A stretch of DNA of 64,000 bases from Patescibacteria group bacterium (GCA_028865035.1 JAGWLB010000002.1:49531-113530); one strand, 5' to 3'. Positions 19,254 through 31,316 are shown, counted from the stretch's first letter. Numbers and translations are program-made. The notes: generated from the letters alone by a model not told the origin.

Positions 19254-19539
19254 GACAAATAGTATTATATCTTATGTCACTGATTATGAAGTAATAACTT
19301 GTTTTACTATAGAATGATTGCAAATAAAAAAAGGGAGCGGGTCCAAACCCAAACTCCCTCTATTGCTAACCCCCAAGAAAATATATTTTTAATTAATCTA
19401 AAATGACAATTGATTTTCCTTCATACTAACATACTATAATTTATTGTCAATAGAAAAATTAAAAGTTATTATGTATCCATAAAATAAAAAAAGCCAGATT
19501 TTAATCTAGCTTTTAATCATTTTTGGGATTAGTTCGCTT

Positions 19540-20172
19540 TTACTGTTGTAAATAATAGTGTAGCTCGGGGCTTACCATTTGAACTTTATTAGCACTTTTC
19601 TTTAACTTTGCTTTGTGATTAAAGTTTCTGTTAGGTGGTATCAAATCATTTGAATGAAATTCTGGCATACCATTCAATGGTGGTAGATCTATTAGAAAAA
19701 TAGGTATTTCCTGATACTGTAGTGTTTCATTCTCTAACTCAGTATTTATTTCATCAAACAAATTACCAACATCATTTGGACACAATTTTTTATTGTGATG
19801 TGGTTCCGGCAATTTTCTTCCTTCGTGAAGATTAATTAATTTTTCGCTTATACATAAAGCATATTCCTCCCAAAGGTTGGCATATTTAATCCTTTGAGAA
19901 AAGTAAGAAATTAAAAAATTAATTTCCCCGATTAGGTGTTTAACCTTGGTGCTATTTTTTCTCTCCTCAAAAATTTGATTTTCCAAATCAAGTTTTTCAT
20001 AAAAAAATCTTTTCTTACATTGCAAATGAAATTTAAAAACTTCAGGTGCATTGATTGTAGATTTTAAACAAATTGATAAGAACTCAGTTCTTACATTAAG
20101 ATGTTTTTGATTATCTAGTTTTTCAATAATACTAGACATTTCTTTTCCGAGTAAACTGAAAGTCATTGGCAT
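19540..20172 (-). CDS. Hypothetical protein
   Basis: 210-aa ORF with promoter-like upstream sequence and downstream terminator. Confidence 0.55.
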   Translation of the reverse strand: MPMTFSLLGKEMSSIIEKLDNQKHLNVRTEFLSICLKSTINAPEVFKFHLQCKKRFFYEKLDLENQIFEERKNSTKVKHLIGEINFLISYFSQRIKYANLWEEYALCISEKLINLHEGRKLPEPHHNKKLCPNDVGNLFDEINTELENETLQYQEIPIFLIDLPPLNGMPEFHSNDLIPPNRNFNHKAKLKKSANKVQMVSPELHYYLQQ

Positions 20173-20320
20173 AATCTTGTAGTTTTAAAATGAAAAAATA
20201 TTTTACTTCATCGTACCACCTCAACAATTTTTGTCAATATATGCTTATAACACAATGATTAAAGGGGGGGGGATAAATAGTATTGACAAAATGATGTAAT
20301 GGCGTTATAATACACCTATT

Positions 20321-20710
20321 ATGAAAAAAGTATATTCTATATTTTTAATACTCGTCGTATTTATTAGTTACGGACTTTTATCAAATCCAACTAAATCAGA
20401 AGCAAGTTGGAGAGTTTCTATTGGTTTAAATTTTGGAAGAGGTTACACTCCTTATTACGGAGGTTATAATAATGTCTATCCAGGATCTGGTTTTAATAAT
20501 GGTAGTCCATATTATTCAGGTAATTACTATATGAACAGTCCTTACTACGGTGGTTACAACCCTGGTTATTATAGTTATTCCAGTAGTTCTTATTATAGTA
20601 GTTATAATAGCTATGGCTATGGTAATAATTACTATAATCCTGGATATGGTGGTTACGGAGGTTACTATGGTAGCTATGGATGTATGTCGAACGTCTATCC
20701 TTCTTGTTAA
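20321..20710 (+). CDS. Secreted Tyr/Gly/Asn-rich low-complexity protein
   Basis: Signal peptide ending SEA; YYGGY repeats; TTGACA/TATAAT promoter. Confidence 0.75.
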   Translation: MKKVYSIFLILVVFISYGLLSNPTKSEASWRVSIGLNFGRGYTPYYGGYNNVYPGSGFNNGSPYYSGNYYMNSPYYGGYNPGYYSYSSSSYYSSYNSYGYGNNYYNPGYGGYGGYYGSYGCMSNVYPSC

Positions 20711-20749
20711 TGAATAATAAAATCCCTTCAGATATCTGAAGGGATTTTA

Positions 20750-21796
20750 TTATTCTTCTGTTTGTGGTTTTTCTAAGGTTAAATTTTCTATTTCTATTGC
20801 TTCTCCAGTTATTCTCATTACATCTTTGTCTATTTTTCTAAATTCGTGATTTGATTTATTGAAATGATTCACTGTAGTAGCTATAGAATTACCAAGCTTC
20901 TGGTGAACTTCTTCGTATACCCTTAGGTGATTACCAAGCTCACCAACACGTTTGATAATATCTTTAGCACTTTCTTCTATTTGTAGAGCTTTAAGGCCTT
21001 GTAAGACAGTTTGTAAGTAAGCAAGAAATGAAGTCGGGGAAACAATTATAACTTTATATTTACCGGCAGCACGCTGTATGAGGTTCTCATTATCGTCTGT
21101 AACCGCTCCAATTTTATTTATTAGTAAATCATAATAGATTGCCTCATGAGGTATAAACATAAAAGCGAAATCCATAGTGCCTTCCTCGGGTTGTATGTAT
21201 TTTGAAGTTTCTATAATACGATTCTTTAAATCATTTACAAATATTTTTTCTAAACGATCTTTTTCTTGTTTATCATTTGTTTCCGAAATACGATTATAAT
21301 TCTCAAGTGAGAATTTTGAATCAATAGGAATAACTTTATCTTTTACAAATACTGCAGCATCAACAATAGTGCCATCTGGGAAAGGGTACTGCATCTGGTA
21401 AGATCCTGGAGGCATAACATTCTTTAAAAGTGTCTCTAAATAATATTCTCCAAGTATGCCACGCTGTTTTGGATTCTTTAGGACATCTTGTAGGTTCTGT
21501 AGTTGATCTGCGAAAGATACGACTTGCTTATTTGTCTCGTCGAGCCTTGTTATCTTCTCGGTGATATCAGCAATGATACGAGAAGTTTCACTCGATTGAT
21601 AACGCATTGTCTGATTGATTTCTTTTTGTGATTCGCCAAGTTTATTGTCTATCGTACGAGAAAGCTCATTTATCTGAGCAAGAAGCATTTGCATAGCTCC
21701 ATCATTCTGTTCAATTGGTTTCTTTTTTAAAGCAGAAAATAATCCAATAATAAGAGCTACTAGTATTAAAAGGAATATAATTATAACTGCGTTCAT
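20750..21796 (-). CDS. rmuC: DNA recombination protein RmuC
   Basis: PKQRG.LGE, PIDSKF, MFIPHE, VSPTS. Confidence 0.93.
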   Translation of the reverse strand: MNAVIIIFLLILVALIIGLFSALKKKPIEQNDGAMQMLLAQINELSRTIDNKLGESQKEINQTMRYQSSETSRIIADITEKITRLDETNKQVVSFADQLQNLQDVLKNPKQRGILGEYYLETLLKNVMPPGSYQMQYPFPDGTIVDAAVFVKDKVIPIDSKFSLENYNRISETNDKQEKDRLEKIFVNDLKNRIIETSKYIQPEEGTMDFAFMFIPHEAIYYDLLINKIGAVTDDNENLIQRAAGKYKVIIVSPTSFLAYLQTVLQGLKALQIEESAKDIIKRVGELGNHLRVYEEVHQKLGNSIATTVNHFNKSNHEFRKIDKDVMRITGEAIEIENLTLEKPQTEE

Positions 21797-21888
21797 ATTT
21801 TCATTTTAGCACAGCTCGTATTTTATTGATATTTCCTTCTATTTACAAATAATATAAATCATGCTATTTTGTAAAAAAAATCCATAAA

Positions 21889-22137
21889 ATGGACAATCTA
21901 AAGAAGTTTAATTTAGTTAATGTTGACACAAAAGAGGTAGAAGGTACAGGCAATGTTGATTTTCTAGGAGAAAATATTAATTCTGTAAAGGAGGTAACCT
22001 TTATTGAAAATGGAGAAGAGACAGAGTTTGGAAGAATTGGAAATGGCTTCAAAAAATTATTTGAAGATCCTATGAGTAACGGAAGATGTTTTTCACAAAA
22101 TGCACCCTCTTATTCTTTTGTAGAAGTAGAAAACTAA
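21889..22137 (+). CDS. Hypothetical protein
   Basis: 82-aa ORF followed by terminator. Confidence 0.5.
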   Translation: MDNLKKFNLVNVDTKEVEGTGNVDFLGENINSVKEVTFIENGEETEFGRIGNGFKKLFEDPMSNGRCFSQNAPSYSFVEVEN

Positions 22138-22184
22138 ATTTGTTTTAATTCAGTAAACATCAGGTATTCAGCACCTGATGTTTT

Positions 22185-22910
22185 TTATTGTAATTTACCA
22201 AGATAGTATTTTAGTGTATATATCCAATCCTCTTCATTGTCTGGGTTTTGTTCTTTTTGGGCTAACATCCATTCAAGGTAGCCTGGGTCAATATCTCTTA
22301 CTTCTTCAATAGTTTTACCGTTGTATTTTCCGAAAGCAAAGCTATTCATAAGTGAAGGTCTGGACGATATATCTATCATTTTATCGATTGCTTTTTCTTC
22401 GTCTATATTGTCTTCCTTCATTATCTTATCTAAAAGTCTTTTATACAGTTGTTCAAGAACAAGGACATCGCCAAGTGCATCGTGAGCATCAGCTTCGATA
22501 TCGATATCAAGATAGTAACGCAAATATTGTAATTTGTATTGAGGTATTACATTCTTCTTGTCTAAGGCACGAGAGACACGCAATGTACAAATAATATTTG
22601 CAGGTATGATGCCTTCCTTTTCTATAATAGCAGTATCGAATTTGGCATTATGTGCGACCATAACAGAAGTCGGATCTTCTAGTAGTAATTTTGTTGGCCC
22701 GTAGTTATCACTTTCCTGAAATACTTTTTTATCGGCGACCATTTTGTTTGTTATATGAGTGACGGCACTTGCTTCTGGGGGAATTGGGATTGGTGGTTTG
22801 AAAAGTTCACAAAAAGTTTCTTCTTCTGTTTTGTATGCTAGCTGACATAAGAAATCTTTCACTGGTTCATTGCCAGTAGTTTCAGTATCTAGAAAAATAA
22901 TTTTTTTCAT
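22185..22910 (-). CDS. DEDDh 3'-5' exonuclease (ExoX-like)
   Basis: LDTETTG, AHNAKFD, AHDALGD; C-terminal FGKY.G...DPGYLEW. Confidence 0.9.
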   Translation of the reverse strand: MKKIIFLDTETTGNEPVKDFLCQLAYKTEEETFCELFKPPIPIPPEASAVTHITNKMVADKKVFQESDNYGPTKLLLEDPTSVMVAHNAKFDTAIIEKEGIIPANIICTLRVSRALDKKNVIPQYKLQYLRYYLDIDIEADAHDALGDVLVLEQLYKRLLDKIMKEDNIDEEKAIDKMIDISSRPSLMNSFAFGKYNGKTIEEVRDIDPGYLEWMLAQKEQNPDNEEDWIYTLKYYLGKLQ

Positions 22911-22982
22911 AATAATTATTGTATCACAGCAAATAAAATTCTGTATGTGGCATTATCCCATTTCTTTTGATAGAATACATTT

Positions 22983-23438
22983 ATGTCATTACACGAACAA
23001 ATCAAAAATCAATTAAAAGAAGCTATGAAAGCTCGTGATACTGTACGACTTGAAGTAATGAGAGGATTGATTACAGCATTTACGAATGAATTAGTAGCCA
23101 CAGGTAAAACACCTCAAGATATGCTCGAAGATACTGATGTCATTAAAGTCATCACCCGTGCATCAAAACAAAGGAAAGATTCCATCGAACAGTTCACTAA
23201 AGGCGGACGTATGGATTTGGTAGATGTCGAAAAATCTCAGCTAGCTGTCTTAGAAGAATTTCTGCCGAAATTAATGTCTAAAGATGAAGTCGAAAAATTC
23301 GTTAAAGAAAAATATCTTCAACTTGAAGTGAAAGATCCCACCAAGAAAGGTATGTTTATGAGCACTCTCATGAAAGATCTGAAAGGTAAAGCTGACGGTG
23401 CAATAGTTAAAGAAGTAGTTGATGTTTTGTACGTATAA
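22983..23438 (+). CDS. GatB/YqeY domain protein
   Basis: LKEAMKARD, KQRKDSIEQF..GGR.DL, LP, GKADG. Confidence 0.93.
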   Translation: MSLHEQIKNQLKEAMKARDTVRLEVMRGLITAFTNELVATGKTPQDMLEDTDVIKVITRASKQRKDSIEQFTKGGRMDLVDVEKSQLAVLEEFLPKLMSKDEVEKFVKEKYLQLEVKDPTKKGMFMSTLMKDLKGKADGAIVKEVVDVLYV

Positions 23439-23446
23439 TTAAATTT

Positions 23447-23791
23447 ATGAAAATTATTTTACATTGGATTATTCTTTCGATTGCAGTTTGGGTCACGACT
23501 CAAATCGTCTCTGGTATAGCAGTGAATCCTATTTGGGTTTCACTTGTAGTGGGGGCTTGTCTGACTTTGTTTAATATGTTCATAAAACCAATTATAAACA
23601 TATTAACTTTACCTATAAATATTGTTACACTAGGTATCTTTTCTTTGGTAATAAATGGTCTACTTTTTTGGTATTTAGGGACAATCATAAAAGGATTTAC
23701 TGTTACAACTTTCGGAGCAGCTTTCGTGGGAGCTATACTTGTATCAGTAATTAATTGGATTATTAAGAAATTTTTCCATTTTAATTTCTAA
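23447..23791 (+). CDS. YvlD-like four-TM (phage holin family) membrane protein
   Basis: KPI..ILTLPINIVTLGIFSLVING. Confidence 0.9.
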   Translation: MKIILHWIILSIAVWVTTQIVSGIAVNPIWVSLVVGACLTLFNMFIKPIINILTLPINIVTLGIFSLVINGLLFWYLGTIIKGFTVTTFGAAFVGAILVSVINWIIKKFFHFNF

Positions 23792-23797
23792 TTAATT

Positions 23798-24412
23798 ATG
23801 TTTACGTTAAATCATTTAAAACATTTTGTTGAACTACATGCTAACATAGCTTATATACTTATTACTCTTGGTGTTATTATTGAAGGAGAAATAGTAGTTG
23901 GTATAGCTGGTATATTTTCGAACTTAGGAGCATTGAATATTTTTATTGCATTCATAGCGACAATTATAGGTGGCGGAGCTAAATCGGTTATAGGTTATAG
24001 TATAGGCTATTACTTGCAACGTAAACACTCTGGTCGTCCTGTTATTAAAATGGTTGAAAGAAATGTTCACTACTTACTACCTAGGTTCGCCACACGGCCT
24101 TTTTGGTCAATTTTCGTATCACGGTTTTTGATTTTTGGTGCTCACTGGTTTTCTTTATTATTTTCTGGGTATAAGAAAGTTAAGGTTCGTACTTTTGCTG
24201 AAGCAGAGCTGTCTTCTTTGCTTATATGGACAGTAGCGGTTTTAGCTGTAGGTTACTTCTTTAGTATGACTGCTCTTGCTATAAGTCGCGATGTCCGTAA
24301 ATTTATAGGAATTATATTTTTGTTCTTTGTTGCTTTCTTTATCCTAGAGAAAATCATTTCTTTCATTATCGAATTAATAAATATTGATGATAAAGACAAT
24401 GCTTCAGATTAA
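23798..24412 (+). CDS. DedA family membrane protein
   Basis: IEGE, GY..G, SRF motifs, multi-TM. Confidence 0.8.
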   Translation: MFTLNHLKHFVELHANIAYILITLGVIIEGEIVVGIAGIFSNLGALNIFIAFIATIIGGGAKSVIGYSIGYYLQRKHSGRPVIKMVERNVHYLLPRFATRPFWSIFVSRFLIFGAHWFSLLFSGYKKVKVRTFAEAELSSLLIWTVAVLAVGYFFSMTALAISRDVRKFIGIIFLFFVAFFILEKIISFIIELINIDDKDNASD

Positions 24413-24414
24413 TT

Positions 24415-25329
24415 ATGAATATATTCAAGAAAAATAAAATATTGGTCACTCACAACGGGTCTTTTCACGCTGACGATCTTTTTGCAACAGCAGCGTTATC
24501 GATCTTAAATAATGGTAACATTAAAATAATTCGTACCCGTGATCCAAAAATAATTGAAACAGGTGATTACGTTTATGATGTTGGTGGTAAGAATATTGAA
24601 GAAAAAAATCTTTTTGATCATCACCAAAAAGGTGGTGGAGGAGTAAGAGAAAATGGAATACCATACGCTGCTTTTGGACTTGTGTGGAAAGCATATGGAG
24701 AAACAATATGTGGAAACAAAGAAGTAGCTGATAGGATAGATCAAAGTATTGTTCAACCAATTGATGCCAAAGATAATGGTGTCGATATCATAATACCTAA
24801 ATTTGAAAATGTATTTCCGTATTCTGTTGAGCAAATATTTCTATCTGTAATTCCGACATGGAAAGAAACTAATAAAAATATTGATAAAATTTTTAAAAGA
24901 CAAGTTATAAATGTTGTTAAACTTTTAAAAAGAGAAATCAAGGTTGCTTCGGTAGATATCGAGGGGACGAATTTAATATTAAATTCATATAGAAATTCAA
25001 AAGATAAAAAAATTATAATAATAGAAAATAACTTTCCTCGATATTTATATCAAAATACTTTATGCAGGTTAGAAGAACCTATATATGCGATAATCCCTGG
25101 AGGCTCCAATAAATATTGGAAAGTAGAAGCGATAAAGAAAAATATTAATACAATGGAAAGTCGCAAACTTTTTCCAGAGGAATGGAGAGGTTTAATGGAA
25201 AGTAGTGGAAAACTAAAAGAAGTAACAGGGGTTCCAGATGCTCAGTTCTGTCATCAGAGCGGATTTTTCTTAACCGTCGGATCTAAAGAAGGAGCTATCG
25301 CACTTGCCGAAAAAGCATTATTAACGTAA
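24415..25329 (+). CDS. MYG1 family protein
   Basis: THNGSFHADD, RTRD, DVGG, FDHHQ, FCH.SGF. Confidence 0.93.
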   Translation: MNIFKKNKILVTHNGSFHADDLFATAALSILNNGNIKIIRTRDPKIIETGDYVYDVGGKNIEEKNLFDHHQKGGGGVRENGIPYAAFGLVWKAYGETICGNKEVADRIDQSIVQPIDAKDNGVDIIIPKFENVFPYSVEQIFLSVIPTWKETNKNIDKIFKRQVINVVKLLKREIKVASVDIEGTNLILNSYRNSKDKKIIIIENNFPRYLYQNTLCRLEEPIYAIIPGGSNKYWKVEAIKKNINTMESRKLFPEEWRGLMESSGKLKEVTGVPDAQFCHQSGFFLTVGSKEGAIALAEKALLT

Positions 25330-25343
25330 GCTAAACACTCAAT

Positions 25344-26318
25344 ATGTTCATAGACGAAATAAAATTTCATGCACAAGCTGGCCGTGGAGGAGACGGGGTT
25401 GTTCGCTGGCGCCGCGAAAAGTTTATCGATAAAGGTGGTCCAAATGGCGGTGATGGCGGTCGTGGTGGTAGTGTCATAGCTGTTGCAGTATCTGATATAA
25501 ACTTACTTTCTAAATATAAACATAAAAAAGAATTTAAAGCTGAACGTGGTGATGATGGTGCTGGAGGTAGTCGTCATGGTAAAGATGGAAAAGATTTGAT
25601 TATTGAACTACCTATAGGATCAATCATTACAAATATAGAAAGTGGAGCTTCTGTATCATTGGATAAAGTTGGGCAGAAAGAACTTTTGCTTAAAGGTGGT
25701 ATGGGTGGATGGGGTAATGAGCAGTTTAAGACTTCTATAAATACTACTCCTACAAAAGCTACTAAAGGTAAGCTTGGTGAGCAAGGTAACTTTAAGATAG
25801 AACTTGAGCTTTTTGCTGATATCGGTTTAATAGGTTTACCTAATGCTGGCAAATCATCACTTTTAAATGCTGTGACACACGCACAAGCAAAAATAGGTAG
25901 TTATCAATTCACAACACTTGACCCAAATCTTGGAGATTTCTACGGTAAGATTATTGCCGATATTCCTGGGCTTATCGAAGGAGCATCAGAGGGTAAAGGC
26001 CTTGGTATTAAATTCTTAAAGCATACAAAACGTACGAATATGCTTGCGCACTTAGTGTCATTTGAGAATGATAAAGATATGATGAAAGTCTACAAGCAGA
26101 TTCGTAAAGAATTAGGAGCATATGATAAGGCAATGCTTGATAAAGAAGAAGTCATAGTTCTGACAAAAACTGACGTTGTTAATGATCAGAAAATAATCGA
26201 TAAAAAAGTTAAAGAATTTGAAAAGCTTGGAAAGCCAGTATTAACACTTTCTCTATATGATGACACTTCAGTAAAAAAGTTTATGAAAGATTTGGCTAAG
26301 ATGTTAAAAGATAAATAA
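25344..26318 (+). CDS. obgE: GTPase ObgE
   Basis: Gly-rich Obg domain, GLPNAGKS, FTTLDPNLG, DIPGLIEGA. Confidence 0.97.
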   Translation: MFIDEIKFHAQAGRGGDGVVRWRREKFIDKGGPNGGDGGRGGSVIAVAVSDINLLSKYKHKKEFKAERGDDGAGGSRHGKDGKDLIIELPIGSIITNIESGASVSLDKVGQKELLLKGGMGGWGNEQFKTSINTTPTKATKGKLGEQGNFKIELELFADIGLIGLPNAGKSSLLNAVTHAQAKIGSYQFTTLDPNLGDFYGKIIADIPGLIEGASEGKGLGIKFLKHTKRTNMLAHLVSFENDKDMMKVYKQIRKELGAYDKAMLDKEEVIVLTKTDVVNDQKIIDKKVKEFEKLGKPVLTLSLYDDTSVKKFMKDLAKMLKDK

Positions 26319-26354
26319 AAAATTCAGTAATAAATTACTGAATTTTTTATAGTG

Positions 26355-26427
26355 TGCCCCGTGAGGGAATCGAACCCCCGACCATCTCCTTAAGAGGGAG
26401 CTGCTCTACCAGCTGAGCTAACAGGGC
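26355..26427 (-). tRNA. tRNA-Lys(CTT)
   Basis: Cloverleaf, anticodon loop ctCTTaa, GTTCGATT; CCA not encoded. Confidence 0.97.
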
Positions 26428-26515
26428 AAATAATATTAAACTCTGTTATTATTACAGATATATTAGTCTTTGTAAATGATTTTAATTTTTAATTACAAAA
26501 GAGTATAATTTAGCT

Positions 26516-26869
26516 ATGTCACAAGAAACACCAAAACCAGATAATAACTTTAATTTTAAAAAGATTGGTAGTCTTAAGTCTATACAAGAAGAAGTTAAAG
26601 CCAAAATGGAGAAAGAAGAACTAGAAAAATTGGCAAAAATAAACTCTATAAATAAATTAATAGAAGAAGCTAAAAAGAATAAGATAGATGTGGTTAATGA
26701 AATAAATAAAAAATACCCTAACGCCAAAATTTTCCCAGAATCTGTGACTGTTAATGAAAAAGGTGAATATATGAAAGGTAATTATACTTTAGAAGAATAT
26801 GCTAATTTGGTAAATAAATCTTACGATGACGATGATGTTAGCGATAATTCAGCTATGTTTAAACACTAA
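26516..26869 (+). CDS. Hypothetical protein
   Basis: 117-aa charged ORF just after a TATAAT box. Confidence 0.6.
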   Translation: MSQETPKPDNNFNFKKIGSLKSIQEEVKAKMEKEELEKLAKINSINKLIEEAKKNKIDVVNEINKKYPNAKIFPESVTVNEKGEYMKGNYTLEEYANLVNKSYDDDDVSDNSAMFKH

Positions 26870-26910
26870 GAATCTATTATTTCTCAAGGCATTTTCATTA
26901 TAATAAACAC

Positions 26911-26938
26911 TTGACTTCTTTTCTTATATGTATATAAT
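26911..26938 (+). promoter_or_regulatory. Sigma70 promoter of 16S rRNA
   Basis: TTGACT-N16-TATAAT. Confidence 0.75.
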
Positions 26939-27105
26939 AGAACCCACAGTCTGGTTAATGCCGGCTGTATTTCTTTGATAATAGAATAGGTATGCAAAAT
27001 CATAAATCAAAAGCAAGTAAGGTCCGCATAGGTATCCAACCTGTGGCGCGACGATAAATAAGTCAGTTAATGGAATAAATGTTTTTTCTTTTGTTCCGTT
27101 CTATT

Positions 27106-28643
<1,538 letters not shown>

Positions 28644-28837
28644 TGAAACCGATCATGTATCTTATTTATAAGTACATTCGATCTTATTGAGTCGATATTA
28701 TGTGCCTCAATTGAGCACATAATGGACATTGATTTTAAGTCCTAAAAGAAATCTGACAAGGAGGGAAAGACCCCTAGAACGGAACAAAAGAAAAGATATT
28801 TTATTCTGACATTTGATTTACATCGCAACCTATTTTA

Positions 28838-28884
28838 TTACAGAACAAAAAACATCTCATTATGAGATGTTTTTTGTTCTGTAA
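28838..28884 (+). terminator. Terminator of the 16S unit
   Basis: 23-bp perfect inverted repeat with T tract. Confidence 0.75.
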
Positions 28885-28922
28885 GTGATATAATGAAAAT
28901 ATATTATAATTAAACTAATTTT

Positions 28923-30560
28923 ATGATTACACCAGAATTGGTACAATTCGTAAGAAGCGAGCTTGCACGCGGTGCAACTAAAGAATTAATTACCGCACAA
29001 TTAAAAACACAAGCATGGACAGACGTAGACATAAATGAAGTTTTTAAATCTGTCTCATCATCTACATCAAGTGCATCTTCCCCATATCCTAAAAAATCAA
29101 AGGTATTTTTAGGATTCGTACTTATTGTATTATTCTTCATAATTATTATTCTGGGAGGCTTTATTGCCTATGCTTCTGGTTATGTTATTCCTTTAACAAA
29201 TGTTTTTTCTGAATCTGTACAATCGTCAAAAAGTAGCACTGGTACAACTTTTGATATCGCTGTTACTGTCGATAGCTCAGGAATGAAATCATTAAAAAAC
29301 AGTGAAGGTTTTATGTCCGGAACATCAAATATTTCAACCCTCGATGCGAAAGGCTCTTACGATATTCTTGATCCTAAAAATATTAAAGGGAATCTTTCTT
29401 TACTATTAGAATCAGGAACATTCGAAACAGGTATAGATGCTAGATCTGTAGATGGTTCCCTGTATTTAGATTTAACCAAAGCTCCTGATTTTGGATTTAT
29501 ATCTTTAAAACCATTTGAGAATAAATGGGTTGTCGTACCATACAAATCCAATCCAAGCGAACTCACAAATAATCCGCTGCTTTCAGCTTCTGGTATATCT
29601 AATATAGATAATAGTCCTTTAAGTAAATTAACAGATGAACAAAAACAGCATATTGCCGATATTACCCAAAAAGCAAACTTTATAAAAATTACTAGCAGAC
29701 ACTTACCAGTAATAATTGATGGTAATCTTTCTTATCATTTTAATTTTGATATAGATTTTAATGGCATTGCTTCGTATATTACAGACATAACAAATTATCT
29801 GAAAAGTATTGATACCAATAATACAAACATTTCATCAATTGATACTACTGAATATAGTAAATGGGCTAATGCAATAAAGAATTTTAAAGGAGAAGCTTGG
29901 ATAGGGGTATTTAACCATTTGCCATATAAAATTATTTCTAATTTTGATATTTTAAACCCAGATAAACCTGAGGATGGTACTATCAATATTAATACATCTA
30001 TTGCTTATAGTAATTGGAATAAACCTGTCGTCGTTGAAGTACCACAAGGTGCCATAACCTTTGATCAATTAATGTCTTCGGTTAACTCAAATCCTTATAA
30101 TATATCTTCATCTACAAATGATAATTCAAATTCATTCATTGATGCGCAAAATAAAAGCAGAGATGCCTCTATGGAATCTATTATTAGCAATATGAGAGCG
30201 CAAGCAGAATTATTTTATAATGCTAATAATACTTACAAAGGATTTTGTACTTCACGTTCTCAGAATGGTGCTTATACCCTTGCCGTAACATTACCACAAA
30301 ATACTGTATATAAATGCAATGATTCCTCAAACGAATGGGCATCTTGGGCAAAGTTATCTACGAATAGTTACTGGTGTGCTGATTCTACTGGATTTTCAGG
30401 TAGTGGTAACATTGAAAAATCAAGTGATACTAAATGTCCTTTCCTCTATCCTACGGGTCTTATATCAGCAACACCAGCAGAGTTAAAAAATATTGAGTCA
30501 GCTAATTCTATCCCTGATAGTAGTCTCCCTTGTATCCCTGGCCCAGGTATATCTTGCTAG
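28923..30560 (+). CDS. Membrane-anchored surface protein with C-terminal pilin-like domain
   Basis: TM at ~60-85; beta-rich middle; 'AQNKSRDA...NMRAQAELFY...C...C...WCADSTG' resembles CPR type IV pilin globular domains. Confidence 0.65.
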   Translation: MITPELVQFVRSELARGATKELITAQLKTQAWTDVDINEVFKSVSSSTSSASSPYPKKSKVFLGFVLIVLFFIIIILGGFIAYASGYVIPLTNVFSESVQSSKSSTGTTFDIAVTVDSSGMKSLKNSEGFMSGTSNISTLDAKGSYDILDPKNIKGNLSLLLESGTFETGIDARSVDGSLYLDLTKAPDFGFISLKPFENKWVVVPYKSNPSELTNNPLLSASGISNIDNSPLSKLTDEQKQHIADITQKANFIKITSRHLPVIIDGNLSYHFNFDIDFNGIASYITDITNYLKSIDTNNTNISSIDTTEYSKWANAIKNFKGEAWIGVFNHLPYKIISNFDILNPDKPEDGTININTSIAYSNWNKPVVVEVPQGAITFDQLMSSVNSNPYNISSSTNDNSNSFIDAQNKSRDASMESIISNMRAQAELFYNANNTYKGFCTSRSQNGAYTLAVTLPQNTVYKCNDSSNEWASWAKLSTNSYWCADSTGFSGSGNIEKSSDTKCPFLYPTGLISATPAELKNIESANSIPDSSLPCIPGPGISC

Positions 30561-30609
30561 CACATAAACAAAAAACATCCCAAACCGGGATGTTTTTTGT
30601 TTATGTGCT
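30559..30609. terminator. Long inverted-repeat terminator
   Basis: 23-bp arms agcacataaacaaaaaacatccc / gggatgttttttgtttatgtgct. Confidence 0.7.
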
Positions 30610-30690
30610 CAAGTCAGCGGGTGCTAAACTCCAACACAATTGCCTATGTGAGTGCAGCCGCTGACTAGAGAACACAAGCGGCTACTTAAG
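30604..30690 (-). ncRNA. Putative small hairpin RNA
   Basis: GC-rich stem agtcagcgg/ccgctgact; TATAAT upstream on the minus strand; terminator downstream; no ORF. Confidence 0.45.
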
Positions 30691-30897
30691 TATTATATAG
30701 TATAGGAAATTTAAACGCTAGAGTTTATATGTATTTAAAATATTTAAATTTGTATAAACACAAAACCCTCCCGATTTCTCGAGAGGGTTTTGCTAGGCAA
30801 TTGTTTTTAATAATTATCGGAATTCTTTACTCACACTATGAGTATATCAGACACAATCTATATTGTCAAGTTCTACATATTCTGGTATAATCATATT

Positions 30898-31316
30898 GGT
30901 TTGTATTGGATAGATGCGTTCACTTTATTGTGAATGAGGAAAGTCCGAACACATATCATTGAGCAACCTGCATGCGCAGGCATGTCAATGAAAGCGTAGT
31001 GGGTAATACCCATCGTGAGTAATCATAGAGGTGCGAGCAGTGACGTCTATAATCGAAAGAGAATAGATAACCTGTACCCTTGTATGTCTGGAATTTTTCA
31101 GACAGAAACTCGGATAAGTTCAGCAGGTTAATACAGAAGATATAAAAGGGTATTTGAAGCTTCTGAGTGAAACGGCTAAATCCTTACGTGTGTGCAAGAC
31201 CGTGCTTTGACTTCTGTCAAAGAGAGTCGCTTGAGCCTTTGTGTAAATAAAGGCCTAGATAAATATCTATCGTCTGCTTTAAAACAGATACAGAATTCGG
31301 CTTATAAATACAAATC
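30898..31316 (+). ncRNA. rnpB: RNase P RNA
   Basis: GAGGAAAGTCCG, GTGAAACGG, TAGATAAAT, ACAGAATTCGGCTTA; P1 ggtttgtatt/aatacaaatc. Confidence 0.95.

Noticed and set aside
23447-23791. Prophage suggested by the holin-family gene
   Set aside because: YvlD-like gene in a housekeeping operon; no phage genes nearby
30604-30690. SRP or 6S RNA call
   Set aside because: Lacks the SRP domain IV GGAA-loop consensus and is too short for 6S
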